Positions 11,801-25,100 of a stretch of DNA of 64,000 nucleotides are shown here, piece after piece (within the stretch, counting starts at the first letter, position 1; each line of letters starts with the position of its first letter). Position numbers and translations under genes: made by a program. Source of the stretch: Octopus bimaculoides (taxonomy: Eukaryota). Location: assembly GCF_001194135.2 (NCBI RefSeq), contig NC_068989.1:22371322-22435321 (forward strand), given 5' to 3'. Under the pieces are notes generated by a model, which ran no database searches, was not told the DNA's origin, and saw only the letters and a program-made list of their open reading frames with translations.

Positions 11801-14329
11801 TTCTTTAAAAAACCCCAGAAAGGATGACTCATATAATCTTAGGAACATTATACACCAAAAGAAGATGGGATGTTTACAGCTGGAACAGCTTTGATCACAG
11901 GTCTGCTCAATTAGATTTAAACATTAGAATACTCCAAAACATTTAGACACATGAATATTATAGTAAAACACTAATACAGCACCAGTCTAAAATCATGATT
12001 ACTTCAATTTGTTCCTGGCGGAATACAGAATCAGCACTTATGTGCAAAAAAGATGATCCCTGTCAACAGGAAACCTTAGGGACCTTAAATGTAGCTACAA
12101 TTCTATTAAAAACAATTGTTTGTCCACATTTCTGGTATTGAGCACCAATTTTTTCAGTTCATTACTTATGTACATACATAAGCACACAAACATACACCAA
12201 GGCAGACAAGTGGGTAGGTAGGCACATTACCGGATTAATAGATATAAATATATGTGTATGTGTGAATGTGTCTATGTATGTAAGTATATTAAATATACTT
12301 AATCATATGATTAGGCAATCAACACTACAAATAAAGAACTCAGTACAATTGAAACGTGGAGTATATTTCCTTGAAAACAATATTTCATGAGCAGATAACA
12401 GGTTTCACAATTTATATATATGCACGACATTGCAGATGTTGGCATGGCTGTGTAGTTAAAAAAAGGCATCAGGGCTGACCAAGGGCTAAAGTACAGAACA
12501 ACAACATCAGCAATAATGAAAACCCTTTCACTAACACCAATGCATTGGTACAGAGGGGGACATAACTGATTTAACTGAAGTTAATTCCAGTCAATGCCAA
12601 GTAATTTTACTGATCCAATACAGTTGAATCCAGCTGAATTTGAAGTTATGAGTCTAGATGCATAAAACTAAATACTATAAGATTTTACTGTTTCTGTACC
12701 CAACTGTTTTGGCCACTCCACTGCACTCCTAACAACAGCAATATCAACAATTTCAACCACAACTGCAGCAACAGTAACGATAGTAAACCAACTTGAGAAG
12801 CCCTATATAGTCACTCAATCTACAATGGGAACAGCAGCCAATTTTTTCTTATTTCCATGTCATTTTCTACCATATTGAAAGAATGTAATCCAAGACAATT
12901 TACAGAAATAAGATGGAAATGTCATGATTGAGTTTGCACTTTCAGAGCTGAACTAGAATTGAAACAACACCAACGCTAAAGTGGAGAAACAAAACAAAGC
13001 AGTGTCTTACCTAATGATACCTTGGCGGACAACAGTGTACTGTTGTGGAGACAGGTTCTTCAGTAAGTCAGTTTTCTCTAATATTCGGAATGCCACATCA
13101 CAGTGATGGTTCTCCAAAGGTGACCTGTCATTATAAGTTCGTGCCAAAATGGTATGGGCATTCACCTGAAGTGGAGAGAGGAACACATCTTTAAATATAC
13201 ATACATATACATGTATGTGTATATGATATGTATGTATGCACTTATGTATATGTGTGTGTATGTAAAGAGTTTGTGAATATGAGAATTTGTGTGTGTCTGT
13301 GTGTATGTGTGTATATCATCATCATCATCATCATCATCGTTTAACGTCCGCTTTCCATGCTAGCATGGGTTATATATATATATATGTGTGTGTGTGTGGG
13401 TGCATGCTTGGATAAACTTGCTCTTATGTAGAGGGAGAGTGCATGCCACTTTAGCACAAAAACAAGTGTGTGTGGGTGTGTGTGCATGCTTCATTATTGT
13501 TTTTATGTGCATGTCTATGTATATATGTACAAAACAACTTATTTGCTCAAAACGAAAACTGGAAAGGCATTTCTCCCAGTTGATAAGTTCAGAGATGAAA
13601 GAATTTGATAAAAATGTTTCTGTAGCTTCTCTTAACCACTCCTAATGTTTTCAATTTTTAAACAAGGTTTTCCACTAGTCAAACCATCAGTTAATATGGC
13701 TCTAGATACACAGCAACAGACACAATCTCTTACCCTCCCATCCAACCTTCCCAGCCACCAACCAACCTCAAATTTTCCATCACCTTCCTCCCAGTCCATT
13801 TTCCTTCAAGCTGTATAGCTTAAAGCACCATGCTATGTCACAGCTAAAGAAATAACATCTAGCTGCTGTTTTAATGCGTTCTTGAGCAGGATAAACCATT
13901 TCATCTAAAATAACTTCAACTGAAGAGGTTGTTGTTCTTCATCGTCGTCGTCATCATCATCATCATGGGTTGGATGGTTTGACAGGGGTTGGCTAAGCAG
14001 AAGACTGAACCAGCCTTCACTGTCTGTTTTGTCAGGGTTTTTACAGCTAGATACCCTTTCTAACATCAACCACTTTGCAGAGTAGACATCAAAATTCCCT
14101 GAAGCCTCTTATCATTCAGTTTTACAAGTAGAATTGCATGTTTTTCAACAAGTAGCCAATAAGAGACTGCTAAATCTCTCTTTAGCTAAATCTTTCTTGA
14201 ATTACAGTCAATGATCTTTAAAATGAAAAGACAGACCAGATAATATTAAACAAGAACAACAGTCATTTTGATAAGTTTGTGGAGAAAATATCCAAATGCA
14301 TACAAACCAACTAGACATTCATTTGCAAA

Positions 14330-14384
<55 letters not shown>

Positions 14385-14507
14385 NNNNNNNNNNNNNNNN
14401 NNNNNNNNNNNNNNNNNNNNNNNNNNNNNNNNNNNNNNNNNNNNNNNNNNNNNNNNNNNNNNNNNNNNNNNNNNNNNNNNNNNNNNNNNNNNNNNNNNNN
14501 NNNNNNN

Positions 14508-14558
<51 letters not shown>

Positions 14559-15659
14559 TAGCTCATATTTTACCATTTCAGAAAAGCTGGCTAACAAATT
14601 ACTTACATGGTAAATATTGTTAAAACCAGAATGTTCTAAATCATGACATATTGCAGATACAAGTAATGTGAGGATCTCTTCTTCAGAAAATAAACTGCAG
14701 AGTTCTAAATGCCATATAAGGCAATACATCTGAAAAAGAACAAAACACCAGAAATTATTACAGCAGTTTCAATAATCAGAATACATAGAGTTTTCTTTAA
14801 TCAGAGCCATCATTTCCAACAATTTAATAAAATCTCAGTTAAATGTATCATACTGTAACTACATGTTATGTTAAAAAAACAGTGGGGGATGTCCTCCAGC
14901 CATTAGGGATTACAAGAGCTAGTTTTCACACACACTTAACAGCCTTCCATACAGTTACTGTCTACCAAATTTCACTTAGAAAGCACCAGCCGATTTATGG
15001 TTATAGTACTATTGCATGTTCATTTGTCAGAGCAAAGGGGATCATCTAGTCATCTATAGAGATGACTAGATGATTTGCATGGTAACTTTGTTTAAAGTGA
15101 AGAAAAGTTGCATACCATCAACCTCACTCTCTCATCCGTGGTCATCTTCAGTCCAGTGGCAAGACCAGGTCAAGACAACTGAGGATGGAAACAGATGCAG
15201 TAGATAACTAAAATGTCTTAATTGCCTCGTCTTGCTCTCTGCACTCCACAATGTGTTGCTGCAACTGTCCTCCTCTCTGTTGAACCATAAAGGTTTCCTC
15301 CACAGAGTCTATCAAATCCAGTTATCACATGCATAAGTAGGTAAGCCCTAACATGCTAATTAACCCATAACTGGGACCCTGACAGGTGCTACTCCTCTGG
15401 ATCAGAGAAGACCTGAGAACAATTGTGGCCAAAAGGTGATTCCACACACTTCAGATAAGAGAACCCAGAACTCCTGAACAAGGCCCACATATTGGATGCA
15501 CTTTAAAATCATATCCAGGACATGGCTATAGGAGACGATACTTAAGTCAAATACTGGGAACAAACCCAAAAGTATATGTTTACAGAGCAATCAACTTTAC
15601 CACATAGCAATACTTGCAGCTTAATCTTAACACGGGTATTCCTGTACCTACCTACCTAC

Positions 15660-15723
<64 letters not shown>

Positions 15724-16111
15724 CATGCATGTAGATAAATTTACAGTATACAATCTCATTAGATGAAGTTAAATTTTAGATCTCTTGTCTCCTCAGATAA
15801 TCACAAAATCTTGGTGTATTCCCAACGTCATTGAATAATGATTTATTGCCATGCCATGGGGTGGGGAATGGTGAAGCTGGTATAAAAGCTGCAACCAAGA
15901 ATCAAGATGCCAATATCAAAGTAGGACACACGTAGGACAATCCAGAACACAAATGGAAACACTCATGCAATCACTGATTACTTAAGGTAAAAGCAACGAG
16001 TAAAGAAATACGAATATAATTATATCTTCTGAAACTGGTACAGCACGATGTAATATATCTTAACTAAGTCCAGTCATCAGCAGCAGTGGAGATGAGTGCT
16101 GAGTGCTGAAT

Positions 16112-16171
<60 letters not shown>

Positions 16172-19100
16172 GGTGGTGGTGGTGGTGGTGATGATGATGG
16201 TGACCATGATGATGAGGGGGTGTTCCGGATGGTAATAAAAGAGGACACAGAGAAAATAGACAGCAAAGTAGATCCTGAAGATTTTCATTCAAGCATCCAG
16301 TAGATAATTTTATAACTCGTTTTCAAATGCCCAATAAGTAGCTGTCAACTCTTATTTTGTTCATTCATATTTATATTGCCTGGAGAAAGAAAAGACTATG
16401 TCTATCTGTGAGTGTGTATGTGTATGTGTGTGTGTATGTGTGTGTGTGTGTGCATATGTGTGGGAGGGGGTATTTAGGTAGGTAGGTAGGTAGGTAGGTA
16501 GGTACATACATAAATAACACACACAAATATATAGATATATATATTTATATATACATATATGTATATTCATCTGTACATACATAGACATAGGTGTCTTGTC
16601 GCTTTCCAACAGGTAGAAAACCTCACAAATGCACAGATGCAATAATCTACGTAGGTGTGAGGAAGAGTAAATGTGGGGGCAATTGCTAAGAGATGCTAGA
16701 CTAGAAGCAAGTAAACATGTGCCTCTGAGAGGCAACGTTGCAGGGTACCTCAACCAGATGTCTCCTAGGCAAGCAACATGGGCACAAAAAATTTTCTGTC
16801 GGAGAATATTTTGGCTGTGGTCAAGGTAGGCATATTGTTTAGAGAGAGATGGATAAAGTAACTGAGGTAATCAGAGAATCATCATCATCATCATCATCAT
16901 TTAAGTGTCCACTTTTGCATACTTGCATGGATTGGACACAGTTTATCAAGGCAGATTTTTTATGGTTAGACACCCTTCTTGTCACAAACCCTCACCTGTT
17001 TCCAAACAATAGTAGATAGATACCTATGTAGGAACCTTCAGCTGCACACTCACTCATGCACACAAATATGCATATAAACACATCTATATCTATATACATC
17101 TATATACACAACATATAGACATAAACACATAAACAAATACATATAAATACATATATATGCATATATACATGCGCAGGAAGGATGACCACTTAATACTCAT
17201 GCACACATAGATGGACATACACAAACACAAAGACCATATATAAATGTATACACACCTACCTATTTAATATACAAATTTAAATATACGTCCATACAAATAA
17301 ATAGACAGTGGGGTATATACGAGATGTAGTCAAAAAGTATCTGACCTTTGGCCAAAAAACAAGTAATGTTAAAAAACTCGCCATTTTGATTTAGTCTCCT
17401 TGAAAGTATTCGCCTTGGGAGTCTACACACTTCTGCCAGCATTCCTGCCATTGCTGGCAACGTTTCTGGAAATCAATTCTGGGGATACTATAAAGCTGTA
17501 CCATTGAATTTTGCTTAATGCCCTTTGTTGACTCAAACCTCCCTTTGAGTGTTTTTTGAGCTTTGGGAATAGCCAAAAGTCACACAGAGCCAAGTCTGGG
17601 GAACAGGAAGCCTGACGAACAAGTGGTGTGTTTTGCTTGATGATGGAGGCTTGGACAACATGGGCAAATGCATTGTCATGGTGGAGTTGCCAGTTCTTTG
17701 CTACCCACAGGTTGGGTCATTTTCACCACACACCTTCACAAAGGCAACGAAGAACCTCTAGATAGTATTCTTTGTTAATTGTCTGGCCACAACGTGGCTC
17801 ACTGTCCACTGAGGTGCGGCCTTTGAACTGGTTGTACCACCCCTTTATTTGTGTCTTTCCCATAGCATCATCTCCAAAGGCCTTCTGAATCTTCTTGGTA
17901 GGCTGGGCTTGCGTATCACCAAGTTTTTGGCAGTGTTTGATACAGTATCTTTGCTCAATGCACTCGGTCATCTTGACTCAAAAAGAAAAATCGCACAGCA
18001 CACTCTTTACGTCTGTACTCAAAGCGCCACTGCGGGCAACCTACAGACATGAAAATTTTTGCACATGCTCAGAAAGGATGTGACCACTTAATACCCATGA
18101 AGATTTTGCTCACACATTATTATTTTGTGCAAAAAAAATCAAGGTCAGACACTTTTTGACTACACCTCATATATATATATATATATGTATGTATCAGAAT
18201 AAAGATGCATATACGCATGCATATATACTCACAGCTATACATTTAGGTACAATATAGATATACATATATTAATAGAACAAGCATGCATACTGGTTCATAT
18301 ATAAGTGTATGGATATAAATGCTATAAAGTAAACACTTCAATTAGATTGAATCAGCTAATCTTGATTACAAGAGCAGATTTAATGAATTATGTATAGTAA
18401 TAAAAAGGAAATAATGTCTAAGATAGATGTAAACAGGAGTACATAGAAGTGTGAAGGTGTAGAATTACAGAATCATGAAATCATTATAGGGCAGCAGCTT
18501 CAATAATATGTAAAAAAAGGGTCAGGCATTAGATACGATAGACTGGAACACAAGTATTTTACAAATAGAATGTCTACATTTGGTCTAATACATTATCTAT
18601 TACTAAAATGAAACCAAATTATGGTTAACGAAGGTAGGGCATTATACATTTGTATTCATCAAGGTTAAATTTTATTAGTGTAAGCTTAATAATTAAGTGT
18701 AAAGTTAGGTATAGTTAACATATAGGGACTATTTAAATTTAAGGTGCTAACATCAATGAAAGATATGCATTTTCACAAATAGCAGGATGTTTGCATATGA
18801 TCCAGTATATTATCTACCACTAAGGTGAAAATAAATGATAATTAACAAGGTAGGGAATTATTCCATTGCATTGATACAAGTAGTAGAATGTTTGGATATG
18901 GTTTAATACATTATCAATTAAGGTAAGACTAAATTATGGTAAACTAAGGTAGAGAATTAGCTAACATATATGAACAATTTAAATATAGGTGATGGCATTA
19001 ATGGGTGATAAGTATTTTTACAAATAGAATGTGTGAACATATTTCAATACGTTATCCATTCCTAAGTGGGACAGCATTATAATTAACCAAGGTATAGAAT

Positions 19101-22100
19101 TCATTCAAAGCATTAATCTAGGCTATGAAGTCTATTAGTGAAGATATAATGATTAAATGTCAGGTTAGGTATGGCTTGAATGATTTATATTTAAGGTGCT
19201 GGTATCTTAATCAATTCATCATGCTGATTGATAATCCGCCCCCACCACCACCACTTGTTTTTGCTTTTCTTGTTTCATTCATTAGACTGTGCCATGCTGG
19301 AGCACTGCTTTGAGGAAGCCTCTTTTTAAAGCCTGGTACTTATTCTTTCAATCTCTTTTGCCAAATCACTAAGTTACAGGGACTTAAACACACCAGCACT
19401 GGTTGTCAAGCAGTCGGGGAGAGGGGGAACAAACACAGACATAAATGCACATGCACATACACACACACACACATACAATGGGCTTCTTTCACTTTCTGTC
19501 TACTAAATTCACTCACAAGACTTTGGTCAGCTTGATGCTATAGTAGATGATGCCCAAGGGGCCATGCAGTGGGACTGAAACCAGAACCATGTGGTTCTTA
19601 CCACACAGCCACACCTGCACCAAATAATATTCAATTTTACTTTATTAATATGGAATGCCTCAGATACACAGAGCCCACACCAGCCTCTGCCACCTTTATA
19701 TGGATGTGCATTATATAAAGAGACAAAGCAATTTTAAATTCAGTACCGTTATCAGTGAGAGAATGTACAAATTTAGCTAGAAATGTATTATTAGACTTTT
19801 TTATATGTCTAAATGTAGATTTGTGATTATTCCAGTGAAACTCAAATGAGGAAGATGATGCATTAATGTAAACATGCTCTTTCCCAAGAGTAGTGATAGA
19901 GCACTTATATATATTTTCCCCTAAGGCATTGATTATTAATGGGACACAGCGATTTATTACATAGAGCAAAGTTACCTTGATTATTAGTGGGTATGATGAG
20001 TTCAGCTTCACTATTATTATTAATAGTACTTTCATTGGAATCAGGAATATCAATATGTTGATTATTTGCAGTAGATATTGCATTGCAGTTATTTAGGTGA
20101 CTAGAAGTTGCAATATTAGATGTGCTATCAGTTGCAGTAGCATTATGAGCCACACTGATTAATGTACTACACTTACATCCAGGTGTATATTCAGCAGTAT
20201 TAGGCAGGTGAAGGTGCATGGCTCAATGGTTAGAGCACAGGACTCACAATCATGTAGTAGTGAGTTTGATTCCGGGACTGGGTTGTGTGTTGTGTTCTTG
20301 AGCAAGACACTTTATTTCATGTTGCTCCAGTTAACTCAGCTGTAGAAATGAGTTGCGACGTCACTGGTGCCAAGCTGTATCGGCATTTGCCTTTCCCTTG
20401 GATAACATCAGTGGTGAGGAGAGGGGAGGCTAATATGCATGGGCAACTGTTGGTCTTCCATAAATAACCTTACCCAGACTTGTGCCTCAGAGGATAAACT
20501 TTCTAAGTGCAATCCCATGGTCATTCATGACTGAAGGGGGTCTTTACCCTTTATTAGATAGAGTATGCCAGTTTAGCCCTGTATCTATTGAAAATTTTAT
20601 GATATGGACTAGATTTAGGGAATGAAGCATAGCAGAAAGCAAAAGACAATATCAAGTAACTAAAAGAGAATCTTTGTGTTAGGTATAATCAGTAAGGGAA
20701 GCAGCAGAAAGTAAGAGGCTTACAGAAGTTTTGTGAAAGGTGGATCAGAGGTCTGAAGTGTTCCAGATGTAAAGCAGTTTACCAATGTGAATTAAGACAT
20801 CACTGAGGAAAGATGTTATAGGAATTATATTGGGCATTACCATTTCTTCCTGATTAAAAAAATATTAACCATGTTAAAGAAGTCTATTATTAGTTTAGTT
20901 TTAGATCCTCTGGCCATACTTTTATACAAAATAATGAGCTTTTCTAGCATTTCTAGTTTCTTAGCTAATATCATCCTTCAGCATCTAGCTATCTCTACAC
21001 TAATGACTTGTGTCTAAGGGGAATCTTGACGGAGTTGCAATACTCCAGAAAATAACTTGTAAGGTTTATTTTATACAATAGACAATACCATACATAAGGT
21101 TATCGAGGTGAGTTTAGCTCTCAGTTTGACATCTTTTTGAGAGTGTTGTGATGGCAAGTCCTTTCCAACAGTACGCAAAGAAATTGTAATAAGAGAGAAG
21201 CCTATGCATTTTGTCAAGAGTTAAATTTAGTTAACAAGTATTGTGCCAGTGACCCACAAATTTGAAATTCTAACACATTTACAAGAGTGATGGGTTTATG
21301 AATAGTTTTATTGAATAAGATATTGTCATTTAGAATGTGTTTTGCAAATGAAGATGTTATCTGAGTTTGTGTCAATTAATGCCTTGACCTTTAAGTCAGT
21401 GGTAGAAGCACATATGAGATGGATGACTTTGGGTACTGAAGCAAGAGTATTTAATAGCATGGTGTCTTTTTCTTAATTTTCTTGGAATGTGAACAATTTT
21501 AGTTGGTTATTAAAGGTGAGAGCAGCGATTCATTTAAAGGTGACATTTAGTTTATGATATGGTGAAAATTTGTTTTGCAAGACAAGTATTAACCCAATGC
21601 TCATTTTTATTATATATATGTTGCATAGAGAGTTCCTTGTAGGGTACATGTTTCATCTACAGTGTTGTTTTTTTTTACCACAGCAAAGACATTGTTTCTT
21701 CTTAAATACTGGAACTATGGAAGGCCCAGAGAGTGAGTGTACAATAATATAGTATTGTCTTTTGCTAGTTCCATTATCATTGCCCTCTAATAAGAGTAGA
21801 TTTTCTGTTGAGCCTTCATAACTTTTAAGGTGTCATCTAATAGCCTGGGACTATGTGCTTGAGATGAATGCATCTGAGATGAGAAGACTGCTATGTGATG
21901 ATGAATGCATCTGCTATGAGAAGACTGCTATGTTAGCCAGATATAAGGGGACTAGTGTAATATTCCTTTGAGAGAAGTTTCAGAAAATTTTATGAAAGTA
22001 ATCAATGCTTTATCCTTCTACTTGTTTCCTTGATCTAAATTTGTAACATTTTATTTTAACTGATGACTTCTTAGAAAATTTCATCTCCAATATATTAATT

Positions 22101-25100
22101 GCATCCTTGAACATAGAGTAATATTCTACTACAGGGAAGGTGGTTAAACTACAAAGAAATTGAAGCCGACCGGTTCCTCATCTTTGGCAATTCTTGCCTT
22201 TTGTGAAACAAGAATTTTCAGTAAATAAATTATTCTTCTGCAGGGCCATTAAGAAGAACTTTCTTGAATAACTTCATGTCAATGATGACAAGATAGCAGC
22301 GGTCAAGAAATAAGGTGTACATATAAAATTTGTGCCAGCTGCTTTTAGTAAAACAGTTTTCTTGAAGATATTAAAGAATATTAGAAATGGAATATTCAGG
22401 TGAAAGAAAGGGAATAGATTGGATAAAACTGTCATAAACCATGACCAAATATAAATCTGTTCAGGAGACCTCTGTCTTGAGCCACTAAGGTCTCTTATAT
22501 TGATGCACAACTATGAAAACCAGGTTTATGGACAGAGAAGAAATAACAAAGAAATAAGCACCTGGAGATTGATACAACAGCAGCAATGACAATATATGGA
22601 ATATGTGGATTGACTATTAATGTGCGATGAACAATAGGGAGGGTTCAAATATATTTTTGAACTAAATTTATATATTTTATTCTATTCTCTTTCCTTCACC
22701 TGGATATTCCATTTCTAACACATTAAAATCCTCAAGAAACTTATTTTACCAAAACAACCCACTTACATAAGTGTGCACTATATGTCATATATACTACACA
22801 CTGAGATACTATACAGTATAGTCAATACACAACACACTAACACTATACTGAGACATTAAATATCACCATCTGTTTATACACACTTACCATTTGAGCCACC
22901 ATGAAACAATGTTTAAAATTGTGGAATGGAACATCAAAGTAATGCAAGTAGATTTCACAGAGCCAATTTTGCAGGGCACTCAGCTGGAAGTAAGAGGAAC
23001 TTAATTAGCCTTCATCATTATCATTATTAGAAATATTTCAATATTAGAAATGTTTCAATCACAAATTCATTACATTAAAACATTTTAGAAAATTAAAAAT
23101 GATAATAATACAGAAAAGCAATTTTTAAAATGAAAAAAAAAAAAGGCAAGTTCTTCAAGAAATTCAAGAGATAACTGATCAACTCGAGGTTTCAATATTT
23201 TCTTTGACTAACAACAAGAATTAGGAGAAAACTGACAGGAAGACATGATAAAAGAGAAACATGAGTTCTTGACCAAAAATGTAAGTGTACATCATTTACT
23301 CAACATAGGGTACCTATTTATAGGGTTATTCTGACAATGTTGCAGTTGATTAGCTTCCAAATCAACCCTACTTATGATCATAGAAGATTTTGGTTTTAAT
23401 TTAACTGTTTACTGGCCATTCCAGATTGGTGGCAATGTTAGGATCCAAGTTTCAATGCAGGGGAAACAAAGGTAGAAAAGGGTTGCAGTGTCAGAGAAGG
23501 GAAATTGGAATAAAGTGAGAGGATGCAAGGAGAAGATAAATCAGGATGGGCTTAAATAGGGAAATAGGGGTGAGTTTAGACTGTCAGCTACTTTGGCAAA
23601 GAAGGGGAACATTATAACAATGATAGAAAAGACAGAAGGAGGTTACAATATATTAATGGACCAGTGTGTGTGTGTGTGAGTGCATGCACGCATGCATGCA
23701 TCATTGTAGCAGTTGCTGCTTCACTGTTTCAGATGTGATTTTTTTGGGCAACAATAGCATGGGTTTATCAAAAGAGAGATGCTCTCCCAAATAGACTTCT
23801 GTTGTCTATCGATGGAAGAATATCAGAGCTATAGTTAGCCAGAATGGAATTTGAATTCACTAACCCAGTAAAACTAAATGATATAACAACAATATATTTC
23901 TTTCTTGGAATATAAGGAGAAGAGAGACACCCCACTGCAAAACCATTTTAGTTTAGGGGTATCATTGAAGACTTAACTTTTGAGAGTAATAACAAGTATA
24001 TCTGAACTGGTAGTAACATTGCATTTAACTTTTGAGTACTACATCTAGAACAAACTAGCTATAAACATAGTAAGGACTGGATCCAGCATTGCTGCTTAGA
24101 ATAGTAAACTAGACACCTTGCCCTCCCTATTGATAGCTACGTGGACTGGGTTATTTAGAGTCTTACCTACAGACATTGTGCAGCCGTACCAACTGTGATG
24201 TGCAAAATGCTCATTCTTCAGTTGATAATATGACCTTATGGTGATTAGAATACTGAAAGCTCTTGATTTAAAACATGAGTAAGATTTTAGTAACCCCACT
24301 ATGTTATCCATAGAATATTCTGGCAGAAACATGAACTCTGAATCTCTGCCATAACTAGTCTCAAGGAGAAAGGAGGGTGGCAGGTATAGGATTAGAATCT
24401 ATGAACTAACAATTTTCTACATTTCTACTGTAACACAGAGAACATACGAGATTGGTCCTGTAGATGAATCAACATAGTGAAAGCCAAAAGAAAGAGCACT
24501 GGTTGGCAGCCACACCTGAGAACAACTGCAATTCATTACCAAAGATCAAAGCAGATGGGGATCTCTTGTCAGTGCCCTATGTTTCACTTGGGGTCAAAGG
24601 AATTATTGAAATGAACAAGCTCTCAATCCTTTATCCACAATGCCAGTGTCTCAAACAAAGCTTGATATGTAACTAAACACTGAGGTTAACTACCCAGAGA
24701 CACAATTTGCACATATATCAGCAATTAAGTAAGGTATGATTGACCATGTATATTAGCTTTATAATTAATATTATTTGAATTATGTTTCAGGCTCATTAGA
24801 CCTCATCAACAAAGCAAATATTTCAGCAGATAAGTCTCGAGTTGTCTCCCATACTTCTTGAAATTATTAAAATAGTATCTAGGCATGGTTATCTAGGCAC
24901 ATAATTATTTACAATTAGATTTTTAAGGCCTATTAAATTAAGTATGCTGACACTAATTATTGTTAAATAAACTCTGAGATAGTTTTTCTATGGTTTACTG
25001 CAGAAAGTGGGATAGAGACCTTGATCTACATTATCTGTCTCAGAGTGGTGAGATTGGCAATATATATATATATGGTTGGTGTCATTTGGAACATCTGTAA

